From Antechinus flavipes (taxonomy: Eukaryota), in assembly GCF_016432865.1 (NCBI RefSeq), contig NC_067398.1, positions 3,782,001 to 3,846,000 on the forward strand: DNA of 64,000 nt. The letters are read 5' to 3'. The position numbers were made by a program, and so were the translations under genes. The notes beneath the pieces are model-generated. The model worked only from the letters and a program-made list of their open reading frames with translations, was not told the DNA's origin and did not search any database. Of this stretch, positions 12,203 through 24,867 are shown piece after piece. The stretch's first letter is position 1; each line of letters starts with the position of its first letter.

Positions 12203-13726
12203 AATCCCTCCTCAGACGCTCCGAGCTTTGTGGCCTTGGATCACGCCGAGCCCCAGTGTCACTGTGCCTGTGCTCCCCCTCTCGAGGTCGTCCCAAGGCA
12301 CTACCAGGAGATGGGAGCTGGGCTGGGGGCTCCGGCTGGTGGTGTCTGGAGCCGGCGCTCAAAGAGCCGCGAACGTCGCCCCAGAGCCCGAGGACCCCGG
12401 AGGCAGCACCTCCGTCAGCTGTGTCCCCGAAGCCCTCGGACGGTGGCCCTGGCGCCAGAGGGCACCTGGGACCCTCAGAAGCCAGGGCTGGGCAGAGGCG
12501 TGTGCACCTGGGACCCTCAGAGGGTGCGCAGAGGAGCCGCCGTGCACTGTCCCTGCCGGGGGCACCCCGGGCCCGGGAGCAGGGGCTGCGAGGGGGCGTC
12601 TCTTCCCCAGCTGGAACAGCCTTTCACAGTCTCTGGGACGGTGGTTTTGCCCTTTTTTCCTCGAGCAGAAAGGGCTCTTTGTTCGGCCCCTCCCCTGGGG
12701 GGAGGAATGCGGCGTATGCACGGAGCGCACAGAATTTCCTGGGCCGGCCCCGTTCCAGACCACGGCCCTGGCAGCAGTTCCAGGCTCCTGAGCCGCCGCC
12801 CCGGGAAGAACCGAGGCCTTCCTTTGCCCCGCGCGGGGCTGGGCCGGGCTGGGCTGGGCCGGGACCGGGCTGGGCCAGCGGCACCGTGGAGAGCCGAGCT
12901 GTGGGTGACCTGGAGACCTTGCTCCGTCGCTGTGCGCACCTCCAGCCCACACGTGAGCACAGCGGGTCGATCCGGGACGTGCCGGCGTCTGAGCCGACAG
13001 CCTGGACGTCCGGACACGAGGGCTTTGGGCCACGGGCCGTGTCTGGCTTCGGGGCTCGGCCGTCCGGGACGTGGGCCCGGTTCTAAGTCCCTGGGGCTTC
13101 CTGTCCCGGGCGGCCTGTGGGGGCTTTGCCTCCTGGATGCCCGCGAGCGCTCGGACTTCAGGAGCTCGGCCCTGGTCCAGCTCTGCGGGGCCAGACCCTT
13201 GGTGGGCACGCTGACCCGCCTGGTGCCGTGGACGCCCTGGCTCCCTGGGAGGGTGGGGGGCTCCTTCTCACTCTGCCAGCCGCCAGCGGTGATTTCTCCC
13301 CGAGGAGAGGAGGGGAGCACTTTGGGCGGGCCGCAGACTCACCTGGAACTTCCCTGCAGCCCACCGAAAGGCCCCTGGGCTTGGTCTCCGACTCGCGGCA
13401 TCCCCGGCCCCGAGATGCTCACCTGGGAACCAGGAGGGACCGGGCGGGTCCCAGGGCGGCCGGTCCATCATCCTCTTTGAGGGGGACGCAGGAGATCTGG
13501 AAGGGAAGCGTCCTCAGAGCGCCCGACGCTCCCGCCTCGTTTGCCAGAGCAGAGAACGGGACTTGGCCTGGACAAGCCAGCCCCGGTGCAGGGGCAGCAG
13601 AGAAGGCCGCTCCTCCAAGCTCTGCCCGTTCTACTGGACCGGGATGGCTGGTGGTTAGGGACGGCTCAGGCAATTGTCTCCTTGTCCCAGGATCAAGGAA
13701 AGGTGTGTGAGGCGGCCAGCGCCCCG

Positions 13727-13975
13727 TTCCCCCCTCGGCCCACCAGCACCTCCGCCCCCCCTCAGCCAGCACCTTCGTCCCCCCTCGGCCGGCGCCTCCG
13801 TCCCCCCTCGGCCGGCACCTCCGTTCCCCCCTCGGCCGGCACCTCCGTTCCCCCCTCGGCCGGCGCCTCCGTCCCCCCTCGGCCGGCGCCTCCGTCCCCC
13901 CTCGGCCGGCGCCTCCGTCCCCCCCTCGGCCGGCACCTCCGTCCCCCCTCGGCCGGCGCCTCCGTTCCCCCAGCC
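13727..13975. repeat. 23-24 bp VNTR (CCCCCCTCGGCCGGCGCCTCCGT), ~8 good plus 2 degenerate copies
   Basis: Tandem units read directly. Confidence 0.95.
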
Positions 13976-15416
13976 TGCCGGTGAGAAGCAGAGTTCCTCC
14001 TCTGCGTCCCTGCCAGCCCGCGCACAGAGCGGGGAGTGGTGCCAGCCTGCCCTGCTGCAGAGCCCCCCACAGCGGGTGCTGCCCTCCAGGAGCCTCAGAC
14101 TCCAGCAGGGGACGCTCCCTCCCGGGCTATAAAATGAAAGCGCACCGCCCCCCTCCGCTGCTCGCCCATCTCGGGGTCCCTGCTGCTGTCGCCAGCCCCC
14201 TGGGCGCTTGGATCTGCCCCGGGAAGAAACGCATCCGATTTGTGGTTGCAACATTTAAACAAAAATAAAGTCGGGGAGATCGTGGCTTTGGGGGAACCCG
14301 GCAAGTGAAACATTCAGTGACGAGAGCCTCTGGGAGCCTCTGCCGGGGTCGTGGCGATACAGGGGATCCAAAGGGACGTCCCCAGGGAGGTTGGCCGGAG
14401 ACGCGATGTCATTCGAGGCTCCTGGAAGCCTGTTTGGTCCAGGCGCAGTGGGCAGACCGAGGCTCCCCTGGTCGCACGACGGGTGGGTTCAGAGGCAGCC
14501 TCGGACCCGGGTTTTCTCGGCTCTCCTTCGGGCAGCTCTCGGGAGCTTGGAGGGCCCCGTCCCCCGAGAGACAGAAAGCCGCCCAGCAGGGCCGCCCAGA
14601 GGCGCCCTGGAGTCCTCAGAGCTGCCCCGGTGCCGGTCGAGCGGGCGCCAGGAAGACGGGGTCTGCACCTGTTTTCCTTAGAGCTGATTTGGGGGCTCAT
14701 CTGTGCGGGGAAGGAAGCTTGTGGGGCCGACGCTTCGGAGCGTGGGACGTTGGGGGAGACGGGCCTTCTCTCCGGCAGTCACTCCTGGGCTTTTGCTTAG
14801 TACGGCGAAGCTGGGTGGGGACGTGTCCCGGCAGCCCGTTTTTCCCACCGAGGGTCACCGAACATCCCGGGAGCAGAGGCAGAGGAGAAAGATCACCCCC
14901 AGCACCCCCCCGGGCGGGCGCGTGGCCTCCGGACTCCGGCCCCGCCAGAAACCGCGGCAGTGTCACCGGGGGCGCGGCCTCGACGGCGGCCACGGGAACG
15001 AGGAGGAGCCGGGGCAGCATCGGGCACTCAGCGACGGGGTCCCCAAGGCTCTGGGGCTCAGATAGCCGGAGAGGCAGCCGGCGGGAGCCAGGCTGGGCCT
15101 GTGTGCCGGGCGTGCGTCCAGAGAGCCAGGGCCCGAGTGGGTGAGGGCGGATAGTCCCGCCTCTAGGGCCCGCGCCCCCCTCCGTGCTCCACCTGGTGCT
15201 GCGGCCCACACGTGGGCTCTGTGGGCAGGTGCGCGGGGCTCGTGGGGCAGCTGGTTTGGCCTCTGGGACTCACGTCTGTGTGTTATGTGGGTGGGGCCCG
15301 TATCCCTATGGGGGTCACCACCAGCTACATAACACATCTGCACACATGTGTAGTCCCTGCCCGAGCCTGCCCCGGGAAAGCCGCCGCTCTGAGCCAAAGT
15401 GCGCCCCTTCTACTTG

Positions 15417-15615
15417 GCAGGGGGGGACTCTCCCCCCGGGGATGCCGGACCCTTCCCCCATTCGGCAGGGGGGGACTCTCCTCCGGGGGACGCCGGACCC
15501 TTCCCCCATTTGGCCGGGTGGGGGGGGGACTTTCCCCCCGGGGATGCCGGACCCTTCCCCCATTTGGCTGGGTGGGGGGGGGACTCTCCTCCGGGGGACG
15601 CCAGACCCTTCCCCT
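15417..15615. repeat. ~52-58 bp minisatellite (…GGGGACTCTCC…GGGGAYGCCGGACCCTTCCCCCATT…), 4 copies
   Basis: GCCGGACCCTTCCCC recurs four times (once as GCCAGACCC). Confidence 0.9.
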
Positions 15616-16270
15616 CCCAGCTCCCCGTGGCCGCCCAGACCCAGGCCCTTTCCTCATTTCAGTCTCGCTGTGCCAGGCTTGCTGTGGCGGAGCCTTCCCG
15701 TCACTCCCGGCCTCCATGTATACCCATATTTCCAGAGAGCCACTTCCTTTGCTGCCCGGTGCATTTCCTTTGGGCTTTAAGGGCGTCGCGAGGTCCCCCG
15801 GGTTCCGGCCGCCTCACGGCCCCAGCGGTCGCTCCCGGCCACACCTGCCCATTGGTTTCCAAGCACCTCGGTCCCTGGGCCCGGAACGCTCTCCTCCTTG
15901 AGCTGCTTCTCGGGAGCCTTTCTGAAGGTCCAGCCCAAGGCCCACTTTCCGGGGAGGGGCCGCCCCCGCCTTCCCTGACCCTCACCCCACTCCTGTGCCG
16001 AGGAGCCTCTCGGTGCTCCCACGGCTCAGACCCGTCCCCGACCGGCAGTGAGGCTGGTTCTGAACGATGCTGGTCCCCGGGGACGGACAGTGGGAGCAGC
16101 TCTGCTTCTCCGGGGGGAGCAGGACCGAGGGCGGGGCCCCCGAGTGTCTCACATGTGAGCACCAGAGGAGCCTCTAACCCTGCTCTACGGGCGATTCCAC
16201 ACGGAGCCCCCTCCCCCCTCTGCCACGGCGGCAGGCGCCTTCACCCCTTTCTCTCTGTCTTCCCCCACAG

Positions 16271-16425
16271 CCTCCCAGAGCAGCATCAGCCTGAAGAAGC
16301 AGCGAAGCCGAAGCATCTTCAGCTCCTTGTTCTGCTGCTTCCGCAACTACAATGTCGACACCACAGCCATCCACAGCACAAATGTGCTGCCCCCGATGGT
16401 GGAGGAGAACGGGGGGCTTCAGAAG
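16271..16425 (+). CDS. CTDSPL: CTD small phosphatase-like (SCP3), exon 2
   Basis: Acceptor tcttcccccacag, donor gtcagt, 155 nt, phase 1. Encodes (A)[51 protein letters not shown], matching the recalled human CTDSPL N-terminus including the FCCF motif. Confidence 0.96.
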
Positions 16426-18729
16426 GTCAGTACTCCCCGGAACTCGGGGGGCGGGCTCGGGGTTCAAGGCAGGTTCGAGGCAGGCTCGGGGTTCGAGGAA
16501 GGCTCAAGGTTCAAGGTGGGCTCGGGGTTTGAGGCGGGTGGGCTGGCAGCCCCGGTGCTGCTCGGGGGCCCCAGGAAGAGCCTCGCTCTGGCCGCCCTGA
16601 GCAGTGCATTAGGGGCTCGGTGGATGGCTGGCTGCTGCAGCCTTTGCTACGCAGAGAACGCAGGTGGAAGCCCTTGTGCCCACCACGCTCCTTCTCCCCT
16701 TCAGATTGGAGCGCGTGCAGCAATTTTCCATTTCTGCAGTTTCTTGGATTGGAAAAGCTGTAGAGTCAGGAAGCCCAGCCCGGGGTGGGGGGGAGGGGGG
16801 CTTGGTCACCCCAAGAAGTTGGTCCCTGCGGGCAGCGGGACTCGGCCCTCACACACGAGGCTCCCTAGGCGGCTCCTTGTCTCCTCGGCTCCCTGCTCGG
16901 CCAGCCCCCTGGGGAGCTCCCTGGGCACGAGGGAGGGTTGGAGTGGCGGCTGCCTCTTCCCCTGAGTCGTTCTAGTTCCCAGTCCTTTTTAAACGTTTTT
17001 GGGGGGAGCCTTGCTGGGAGCCCGTCCCCACGCAGCCTTGCTTCTGATCCCTGCGGTCCCCCAGGAGGAGGCGGCCCAGGAGCAGTCTGGGAGCGTGGAG
17101 AAGCTGGCTTTGCCCGGGTCAGGGCGCCCGAGGGGCCGATGCTTAGGGAAGAGAGCACCGATGCGGGCCCGGCTGCCGGTAGTGTCGGGGCTTAAGTCCG
17201 CGGTCCACGCGTCCTCTTCCCATCTATGCTGAAGTCTCCGAAAGGGAAGGCTCTCCCAGAGGTCTCCAGATGCCGCGTCTGTGATATCGTTGTACTGATT
17301 ATTGCAGAGCCCAGAATTCCAGGCTGCTCTTCAGACAATTCCAGCGCACGGAAATAGGTTGTTCCCAGTCATCCACAAGGAAAAACAAAGTGGATGCCAC
17401 ATTGTTCATGGCCTGGTGCCCTCGGTCTTCCGTCGCTGTGGTTGTGGGAACGAGCTGGGCCCGGAACTAAGCAGGAGCACCCGGGGCATCGGGGAATTTG
17501 GCCACGATCCCAAACCGCTGACCCCCCGAGCCTTAGCGCAGCATTTTCCTGGACGCGGCTGCGAGTCACGCAACAATGCAGTCTAGGGAAAGCTCTCAGC
17601 AGACTGCCTGCAGCCCCATGTGGGGAAGAAGGGGTACGGGGGGCCTGTCATCCCAAGGTCGGGGAGCGGCAGAAAGAAGCCGGGCTCATCACGGAGCACG
17701 AAGGAGAGGCAGCCGAAGGGACAAGATGGGGCAGTTGGACCAGCTGGAGGAGTCACGTGTCTCCCCGTGTGCCCAGTGATCCGGGTCCTTTATGGGCGTG
17801 TTTCTGAGAGCCTGGGGGCTGGGCCGGTGCCAGGGTTGCTAAACCAGGACTTAGCCTGCTCTGCTCCTTGATAGAGTAGAGGCCTTCCAAGCGTTGTTGA
17901 TGAGAAGAGCCACTGAAGAAAACTTCTAAATACAAAAACAAGAGTCAAGAGAAACCTGGAGAAGCTGGTCCAGTGGAGAATTTCAAAGGCTGTCTGTCAG
18001 GTGATAGAGGTCTGTCAGGTGATAGAGGGCTGACCACCTAATGGGGGGAAGAACAAGTTTCCTTTAAAACATGGGAACTGATATTTGAGGGATTTAGATA
18101 AAGAAAACATGGAGGGAAAGGGGAGAGTTGGATTAAAAGGGAAAAGTGAGGAGAAGGAGGGACAGGAATAAACCTGGGGAAAAAAGAGGACAAAGGTCAT
18201 TGTCCGAGTTAAGGAGCTTGTAAAGGAGGGGCGCGAAGGGCAGGGGAAGGGGCGGCCCCCTTACTGGGAAGGGTGATGAAGATGGGAGGGAGGGAAGATG
18301 GATTAGCCACAACAAGACCCTGATGCTTGGGGGCTCTTGGAAGAAAGGAAGCCCTCTGCACCTTGCCGTGTCAGAATGGGATGGAGGATCCCAGAAAATC
18401 CCAGAAGCCAGCAGGATAGTTTTATTCCACTCTAGAGAAAAAGGGCTTTGAAAGGCAGAAAACCGCCAGAGCAACAAGAGAGAAAGCCCAAAGCAAAGAG
18501 CTGGAGGTGCCTTCCCAGAGACCGAGGTGCCCAGAATGGCCCCCACGGGCCCTGAGTGACAGGGGGCCCGGTACAATGAGCTACCACCTGCTTTGGAAGC
18601 CTGGGCCCCAGTTCTGGGCAGACAGGACCGCACCAGAGTACGCCGAATGAGTGGATTCCTCTATTTTTTTAAAAAGCACAAAATGAAGATCTAGCATCAG
18701 TTTCCTACAGTCACTTCCTACAGAACAAC

Positions 18730-18875
18730 AATATTCCACAATGTTCATATCCCATAACTTTTTCAGCTGTTCCCCCACCAACAGGCGGCCACTCCCCTGC
18801 CAATGGACGGCCGCTCGGGTTCCAGTTCTGCGCCACTACAAGAAGACCTCAGCTATAAAACGAGACACAGGAATC
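18730..18875 (-). mobile_element. Old L1 fragment
   Basis: aatattccacaatgttcatatcccataactttttcagc…ttccagttctgcgccactacaag resembles antisense marsupial L1 ORF2 sequence. Confidence 0.5.
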
Positions 18876-19489
18876 TAATGATTCCCGAGGTCCCATCTGG
18901 TACTCAGATCATAACTCAGCCTCAGGAACAAAGCCTTTAATGGATTTGGGAGTGGCTGAGGCAGGGCCTCCGCCCGGCCCGCTCCCTCCAATGGCACTGC
19001 CCGGCCGGCTTGCTGAGGGCAGAGAAAACAAAAGCCCCTCTCAGAGGGGGGGGGGGCCTTTCTGGCTATTTCAGTGCACCCCGAGGAGTCTGTTAGGAAC
19101 AAGTTCATCTGGGAAGGGAGAATGGAGGCTGCAGCTGAAGGCCGGATGCGGGTCGGCACAGTCTAATGTGCTTCTGAGGTTGAAGCCGCCCCACCCGTCC
19201 CTTAGATTTGCCCGCCAGATCAGCTGGCATGCAGGGTCTCGAAATGAAACGGAGACCCCGTAGTGCAGAGGCAGAGAGGCTGTGCTCGGCCCGGGGCTCC
19301 TGCCATGAATAAAGGCATTTGGGGCTCACGGTTCTTAATGACTCGTGGCCAACACCCTGACCCTCTAATCCGGCCATTTGGGAGACGTAGGGCACGGTGG
19401 CGCAGCTCTAGGAAGGCTTCTGCTTCTTCTGCTCTGTAGAAAGAGAAGCTCCCCGACCCTGGGCATCCTTAGCCCCCAAACAATCTTGG

Positions 19490-19600
19490 CAGCTGCCGTG
19501 TGGCCCCAGAGCATTGTCTGGGGCCCAGAAGTCCTGAGTTCTAGACCTGGACTTTCCTACCACTCTAGCTGTGTGCCTTGGGATAAGTCACCTGATGGCA
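19490..19600 (+). mobile_element. MIR-family SINE remnant
   Basis: tRNA-like head and B-box (agaagtcctgagttctagacc) followed by ctagctgtgtgccttgggataagtcac. Confidence 0.55.
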
Positions 19601-19990
19601 TCCGAGTTCCCTGTAGGAGGCCCCCAGGGACTTCCAGCTCGAAGTCCGATGTCTCTAAGTCTTTCAGGAGGAGACAAAGGCCATTTGCTATTCGTTTCTA
19701 CGACTGCAGCAGGCCTGAGATGCTTCCCACTCCTCCTCCTGGCCAACTTGGGGGCTAATGGCCTCAAACAGACCCTGAAGGGGGAAGGTGGATCTTCTCA
19801 GGGATCATTTTGCTTCTTCACAAGCTTGGAAGCCCCAGGGGGATCGGGGGAGCGCCAGAGTGGGGAGCCAGGTTTGGGGGAGGGGGCGCAGCCCAGGTTG
19901 GGCAGGAGCCGAGAGCACGGCGAGGGCTGGGGTCCTCACTGGCTCCTACGGTGGCCCACGTCAATGTCCTTCAGCCCAAGAAAAGGGCCA

Positions 19991-20131
19991 CTAGTGCCCC
20001 TTGGTTCTGTCAGTGCCCCCAGTGATGTCAGAGCCCCCTGGTGTTGCCAGTGCCCCTTGGTTCTGCCAGTGTCCCCCCTGGTTCTGTCAGTGCCCTTTGG
20101 TTCTGTTAGTGCCCCCAGGGCCGCCAGTGCC
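19991..20131. repeat. Degenerate ~19-20 bp minisatellite (CAGTGCCCCTTGGTTCTGT)
   Basis: AGTGCCC…GGTTCTG recurs ~6-7 times. Confidence 0.8.
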
Positions 20132-20365
20132 TGATCCCAGCCCACCCTGCGTCCCCGCCCAGACTTCCTCTGTGTCTGTGAGAGCTTACTCCATGATCCC
20201 ATCCATCGGCCACGAGAACATCAAGGCCGTCACGTTTGCCTTGGGCTGCTCTTCTTTGGAGTCCTGCGGTCAAAGACCCGTGCCCCCCGTGTGCCTCTGT
20301 CCCGCCTCCCTCCCCCCTCCAGCAGGCTGTGAGGCTGACCTGGACCTTGTCTGTTCTCTCCACAG

Positions 20366-20398
20366 GGCGACCAGCGGCAAGTCATCCCCATCCCGAGC
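20366..20398 (+). CDS. CTDSPL: CTDSPL exon 3 (33-nt cassette exon)
   Basis: Acceptor ctgttctctccacag, donor gtacgt. Encodes GDQRQVIPIPS, identical to the recalled human 11-aa alternative exon. Confidence 0.95.
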
Positions 20399-21065
20399 GT
20401 ACGTATCTCCCTCCTGTTCCCGGGCGCGCTTGCTCTGGGCTCCTGCCGTGATTCGGCCTCTAGTCAGGTGGCTCGCCCCGCGAGCTGTGACATGGAGCTG
20501 TTGTTTCAAACAGGGACGGCGAGCACGCCAATTTCAGGAATCAAAGCCCGGCCCAAAGCCCGAGGGGCCGTCTTCCTCGCTCCAGCCTCAGCCTCAGCCT
20601 GCAGAAATACCCATCCCGCCCAGGCTCAGCCCTCTTAGCTCTGGGGGCGGCCCTCAAGAGGACGTTAAGGAGGGAGCACTCACAAGACAGGCCAGTGATG
20701 CTGGGCCCCCCCAGGGGGTGTGTCCCCAGGGTGCCAGCGCCCAGAGAGGCCTCCGACCTGGCGCCAGGCCCCGGCAGCTCTGGTTACCTCCCCTGCATCC
20801 GTCAGTGCCGAGGCCGAGACGTGAGGTTGGGGGCCCTGGGTTCCAGGCTGACCATAGGCAAGTGACTCGAGCTCTCCGAGACCGTGTCCCGCCCCGTAAA
20901 GTGGGGCTGAGAACCCCGGGGGGGTCAGACTCCTGGGATGCCGGCGGCCCTTAGGGAGAGCCGGTCCCAATTTCTCTAGTGCTGTGCCCTGGACAGGGGT
21001 GGGCCCCATGTAGACCAGGGGCTTTCTCTGGCCATGTGGCACGTCCTTCTGTACAGATTTGGAGG

Positions 21066-21712
21066 CCCTCCTCCTCCTCCTTCTCTTCTCTTCCTCCTAT
21101 TCCTCTCTCCTCCTCCTCCTCTTCCCCCTTCCCCTCTTCCTTCTCCTCTTCTCTACCTCTTCCTCGCACTTCCTCTGCTCCTCCTGCTCTTCCTTGTCTT
21201 CCTCCTCCTCTTATTCCTCCCTCTTCCTCTTTTCTTCCTCCTGTTTGTCCCTTCTCCTCTTCCTCCCCTCCTCCTCCTCTTCCTTCCCCTTCCCCTCCTC
21301 TTCCTCTTCCTTCTCCTTCTTCCTTCTTTCCCTTTTCCTCCTTTTCTGCCACCTCCTCTTCCTTCTCTTCTTCCTTATTCTCCTCATCCTCCTTCTCCTT
21401 TTCTTCTTCTCTTCCTCCCTCTTTTTCCTCCTCTTCTTCTCTTCCTCAATCCTCCCTCCTTCTCTTCTTCCTGTTTCTCCCTCCTCCTCTTCATCCTCTC
21501 CTTCTTCCTCCTCTTCATCCTCTCCCTCTTCCTCCTCTTCTTCTCCTCCCATTCCTCCTCTTCCTCCTCTCTTCCTCCTATTCCTCCCTCTTCCTCCTCT
21601 TTCTCCCCCCCTCATCTTCCTCCCTCTCCTCCCCCTCTCCTCCTTTCCCTTTTCCTCTTCCCTCTCCTCTTCCTCCTTCCCCTTCTCCTCTTCCCCCCTC
21701 TCCCTCCTCCTC
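21066..21712. repeat. ~650-bp polypyrimidine (CT-rich) low-complexity tract
   Basis: The top strand is almost entirely C/T. Confidence 0.95.
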
Positions 21713-23407
21713 AGCAGTGCAGGTCCCGTCTCCTCTGCTAGTTAAAGTCTCGGAGCGCCCTGAGGGCTTACGCCTCTGCACGAGCCCTGGGCCAGGCTGC
21801 CCCATGGGCCCTGACACAGTCACTAACTGGTCATCCTTGTCCTTGTCGCACAGGCCCAGCTGGCTTTCCCCGCCTTGGGCGCCCATTAGAAGGGTGGCAG
21901 AGTGGGCCGGGCACTTCCCCGCCGCGCACTAGCGTGTACCCCGGAGCACGGCGCCACCTCTCCTGGCCTCAGTTACCCCCTCTGTGACTTGACTCGGTCA
22001 CTTCCTGGCCTTTGGGCACTCGGTCTCAGGGACCTCTTTGAGATTTATTCTGGCCCTAAATGGGACCTCCTTCCTTGTTACCCCCCAAACCTCCCACAGG
22101 ACCCAAGGGAAGTCCTTCCACCCTGGGCCAGGGCTTTGATCCCTCCGTCCATGATCCTCTGGGGCTCGCCTCAGGCATCCCAGCCCTGGCTTTTCCCTGG
22201 ATGAGGGTTCTCCCCTGCTCCCAGGAAGGCTGATGTCTGGGGACCCGCACCCTGGACCACTGGGAACGAGCGGCCGGGCTCGGGACGGCCTGGGCTTCCT
22301 AGGACGTCTTGCGGACTCCAGTCCCTCCCTCGGCCCCCGCAGTCAGACAGCGCCTGTGGGCGAGCATTCAGGGTGGGGGCGACTTGCCCGGCTTTGTGCT
22401 TCTCACTGAATGCGAACTGGGAGAATTCTGAGGCAGGTGGATGGTCGCCCTCCACCGGGCCGAGCCTTTTCTGCACTGGGCGCGAATCTCTGCCCCCTTA
22501 GAGTGGGCGACGTGGCAGGCAAGAGGCTTGGGCAGCCGGCTGAGGACCCCCCAGGGGTCACCACAGTGAGGAGGCTTCACAGACCCCCCCAGCCCTCCTC
22601 CCCAAAGCTCTTGTCTCCAAACCCTCTGCTCCCAACCCCCCGCGTGTCATCAGGCTGTTCCTCATGTGGCTCCATTGTAAACCTGCCTGTGCGGGCTCAG
22701 CCCGGGAGTGCTCCCCAGGAGGGCACTGCTCCTGCCCCCACACTCAGGTTCCGGCAGCTCTGCAGAAGGCCCCTCCCAGCTGTCTCCCCCCTCCCCCCCA
22801 GCCTAAATCGGCCTCTTCTCCCTCCACTCCTGACTCCGCTCTTCCAGTGGGCGGCCACCCTGGTCCGGTCTGAGCTGGGGGATGGCGAAGAGCCTCCCCT
22901 CCCCGCTTGCCTGGTGAGCTAGACAGTTCCTGCCGTGACGGGGCGAAGGGCCGACAGGGTGAGGCCCTCAGCCAGGGCGGGCCCCCCAGCAGCCAGGCCT
23001 GAGAGACCCTCGGGGTCTGCGCTGTGGAGGGGAAATGGAGGCCCAGAGAAGGTTTGCCCCGAAGTCACTCCAGGGCCCCCCCACACTCTGCTTGTGGCCT
23101 TACGCGGCCACTCGGGGTTTACAGGCGCTCTTGCCTCAGGCTGGGGAGAGAGGCGGCCCCCAAGGCTCGGAGGCCGGCCCGCACCGCTCTGGAGAGTCAA
23201 AGGCCAGCGGCCAGCACGGGCCTGAAGGGCCCAGAGGGACGCCTGTGCCCGGGGCCTCGCCCCGCCTCCTCCCCATGGGCTGGGCTCTGTCTTCCCTCTC
23301 ATCCCGGGGCTGAAGTGAGCCCGGGCGGTGTGTTCAGCAGGGAGAGTGTGAGCCGGCTTGTTACAGGGGCACATGGAGAGGGCGAGCCCAGCTGGTGGGG
23401 CTTTCGC

Positions 23408-24182
23408 ACTGTGTAGGGATGTGTGAACGTGTGTGTAAAAGTGTGCACATGTGCGAGTGTGTGCACGAGGCCGTCTGTGTATATGAGTATTATGTATACA
23501 TGTGTGTATAAAAGTGTGCACGTGTGTGTGTCTGTGAAAAGGTGTGCACAAGGCCATCTCTATGTGTGAGAGTGTGTGTGTGCAAGAGGCTGTCTATGAG
23601 TATTGTGTGCATGTGTGTGTAAAAGTGTGCACAAGTGCGAGTGTGTGCACAGAGCCATCTGTGTATATGAGTATTGTGTACATGTGTGTGTATAAAAGTG
23701 CACGTGTGTGTATGGTGTGCACAAGGCCGTCTCTGTGTGTGAATGTGTGTGTGTATGTGCAAGAGGCTGTTTGTGTATGAGTGTTGTATGTGTGTACATG
23801 CATGTATAAAAGTGTGCACGTGTGTGTGAAGGTGTGCACATGTGTGCATGAGGCCGTCTCTATATGTGAGTGTATGTATGTGCAAGAGGCTGTCTGTGTA
23901 TGAGTATTGTGTGCGTATGTGTGTAAAAGTGCACATATGCGAGTGTGTGCATGAGGTCATCTGTGTATACCGGTATTGTGTATATGTGTGTGTATAAAAG
24001 TGCACGTGTGTGTGTGGTGTGCATGTGTGTGACAAGGCCATCTCTATATGTGAGTGTGTGTATGTGCAAGAGGCTGTTTGTGTATGAGTATTGTATATGT
24101 GTACATGTGTGTATAAAAGTGCACATGTGTGTGAGTGTGTGTGAAGGTGTGCACGAGGCCGTCTCTGTGTGTGAGCGTGTGC
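23408..24182. repeat. Degenerate TG-rich compound minisatellite
   Basis: Recurrent modules AAAAGTG(TG)CAC, GGCCRTCT and GCAAGAGGCTGT within (TG)n. Confidence 0.9.
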
Positions 24183-24342
24183 AGGAGCCCGGCAGAGCCC
24201 GCCCGCCACTTGCTCCGTGGGGGCGTCGGGGTTGCCCCGTGGCTCGGGGCTCCCCGGCACAAGGGCACGGGGTGGGCCGCGCTTGCCCGGGGGCCGCCCG
24301 CCGGTGGCGCTATTTCACCGTGGGCCGTCTCTCTCCCTGTAG

Positions 24343-24444
24343 CCGTGCGCCAAATACCTCCTCCCGGAGCTGAAGCTGTCAGACTACGGCAAGAAGTGCA
24401 TGGTCATCGACCTCGACGAGACCTTGGTGCACAGCTCCTTCAAG
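24343..24444 (+). CDS. CTDSPL: CTDSPL exon 4 (catalytic DxDxT motif)
   Basis: Acceptor ctctctccctgtag, donor gtgagc, 102 nt. Encodes [34 protein letters not shown]. Confidence 0.97.
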
Positions 24445-24867
24445 GTGAGCAGGGGAGCCCGGGCTTGTGGGGCACGGGAAGGGGGCACCAGGAGCCCCCC
24501 GGGGCTTCCCAGACCTCCCCGGGCATCGACTCAGGGCGAAAGAATCATGAACTTGCCAGGCGGAGACGGGGAACGGGCAGGCTGCTTTCTCGTCTCCGAA
24601 AATGGGACTTTGTCGTATCTCTCTTGGCCGCCGGGCCGGGGCTTCTGGGTGGCCGTGATCGGGCTGGCCCGGTGCTCCAGGGGGTGTCCAGCCTCGAGAC
24701 GGCTCCCTCTTGTATCTCAGAGGTTTCCCAGCTTAAAGGAGCGTTTCCATTATTATTTGATTTCCTTAACCTCAATGGGTGGCTTTTGTCCTTACCCCCA
24801 TCTGGGTGTTGAGAAGGCCTGGGAGCACTGGGAAGGTCCGGGAGCACTGAAAAGGCCCAGGGGCAGT

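Noticed and set aside
1-16270. CTDSPL exon 1 (MDGPAIITQVTNPK…)
   Set aside because: Not found in any frame. ATGGACGG at ~5070 continues with unrelated sequence. Exon 1 is presumed upstream of the window.
20951-21932. Several 130-317 aa S/P/L-rich or E/G/R-rich ORFs
   Set aside because: Translations of the CT low-complexity tract.
23490-24268. His/Thr-rich ORFs resembling metal-binding repeat proteins
   Set aside because: Reverse translation of the (TG)n minisatellite.
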